Below, one piece after another: positions 63,678 through 64,000 of a DNA stretch of 64,000 bases. The stretch is taken from assembly GCA_034780895.1 (NCBI GenBank), contig JAUZTB010000127.1, positions 27,653,021-27,717,020 on the forward strand. The letters are read 5' to 3'. A program made the position numbers and the translations under genes. This stretch comes from Rhynchobatus australiae (lineage: Eukaryota). Position 1 is the first letter of the stretch. Every line of letters starts with the position of its first letter. Below the pieces are notes generated by a model, which did no database searches, had not been told where the DNA came from, and saw nothing but the letters and a program-made list of their open reading frames with translations.

Positions 63678-63932
63678 CTGGTGGTAAACTGCCTAAATTC
63701 AGCGCTGTCTGGTGGGCTGGTATTGGAGAAGGNNNNNNNNNNNNNNNNNNNNNNNNNNNNNNNNNNNNNNNNNNNNNNNNNNNNNNNNNNNNNNNNNNNN
63801 NNNNNNNNNNNNNNNNNNNNNNNNNNNNNNNNCGCTGTCTGGTGGGCTGGTATTGGAGAAGGTCCACTTGTGGCACTGGTCTGGAATTCCTACGTGTCTG
63901 CCGATACTCGCCACCTCATTCTGTGGTCACCC
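63678..63932 (+). CDS. SLC38A10-like coding exon 6 (LVVNCLNSALSGGLVLEKVHLWHWSGIPTCLPILATSFCGHP), true length 125 nt, interrupted by an assembly gap
   Basis: Acceptor cctttgtctccag, donor CC|gtaagt (phase 0 to 2). Joining 63678-63732 to 63863-63932 (removing 100 N and a duplicated 30-mer) gives an open 125-nt exon. It matches [42 protein letters not shown]. Confidence 0.88.
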
Positions 63933-64000
63933 GTAAGTGATATGGAGATATGGTACATTCATTTTGCTTACTTTGGCCATTAAAATAACATCAGTTTCAA

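Noticed and set aside
1-64000. CRISPR arrays, operons, rRNA genes or intact transposon ORFs
   Set aside because: No regularly spaced repeats or long genuine ORFs were seen. This is repeat-rich vertebrate DNA.

Overview
This is vertebrate genomic DNA, most likely from an elasmobranch (shark or ray), judged from HE1/V-SINE, HER1/CR1, Deu-domain SINE, RTE, L2 and Penelope-like repeats. It is a draft assembly with 16 N-gaps. The only gene I can support is the 5' part of a + strand SLC38A10-like amino-acid transporter: six coding exons from 43992 to 63932, 614 nt, with consistent phases and GT-AG junctions, continuing beyond the window. It is only roughly 40% identical to human SLC38A10 as I recall that sequence, so it looks like a divergent paralogue rather than the orthologue. 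Exon 6 is split by a false 100-N gap. Bases 1-43000 are mostly decayed transposons with no identifiable gene. The main non-coding observations are minimal hammerhead-ribozyme motifs in Penelope terminal repeats, fold-back copies that pivot at that motif, a perfect 33-bp inverted repeat 560 bp upstream of the start codon, and a 64-bp dispersed duplication. I found no prokaryote-type system, CRISPR array or intact transposon ORF. All repeat-family names come from recalled motifs, not database searches, and repeat boundaries are approximate.
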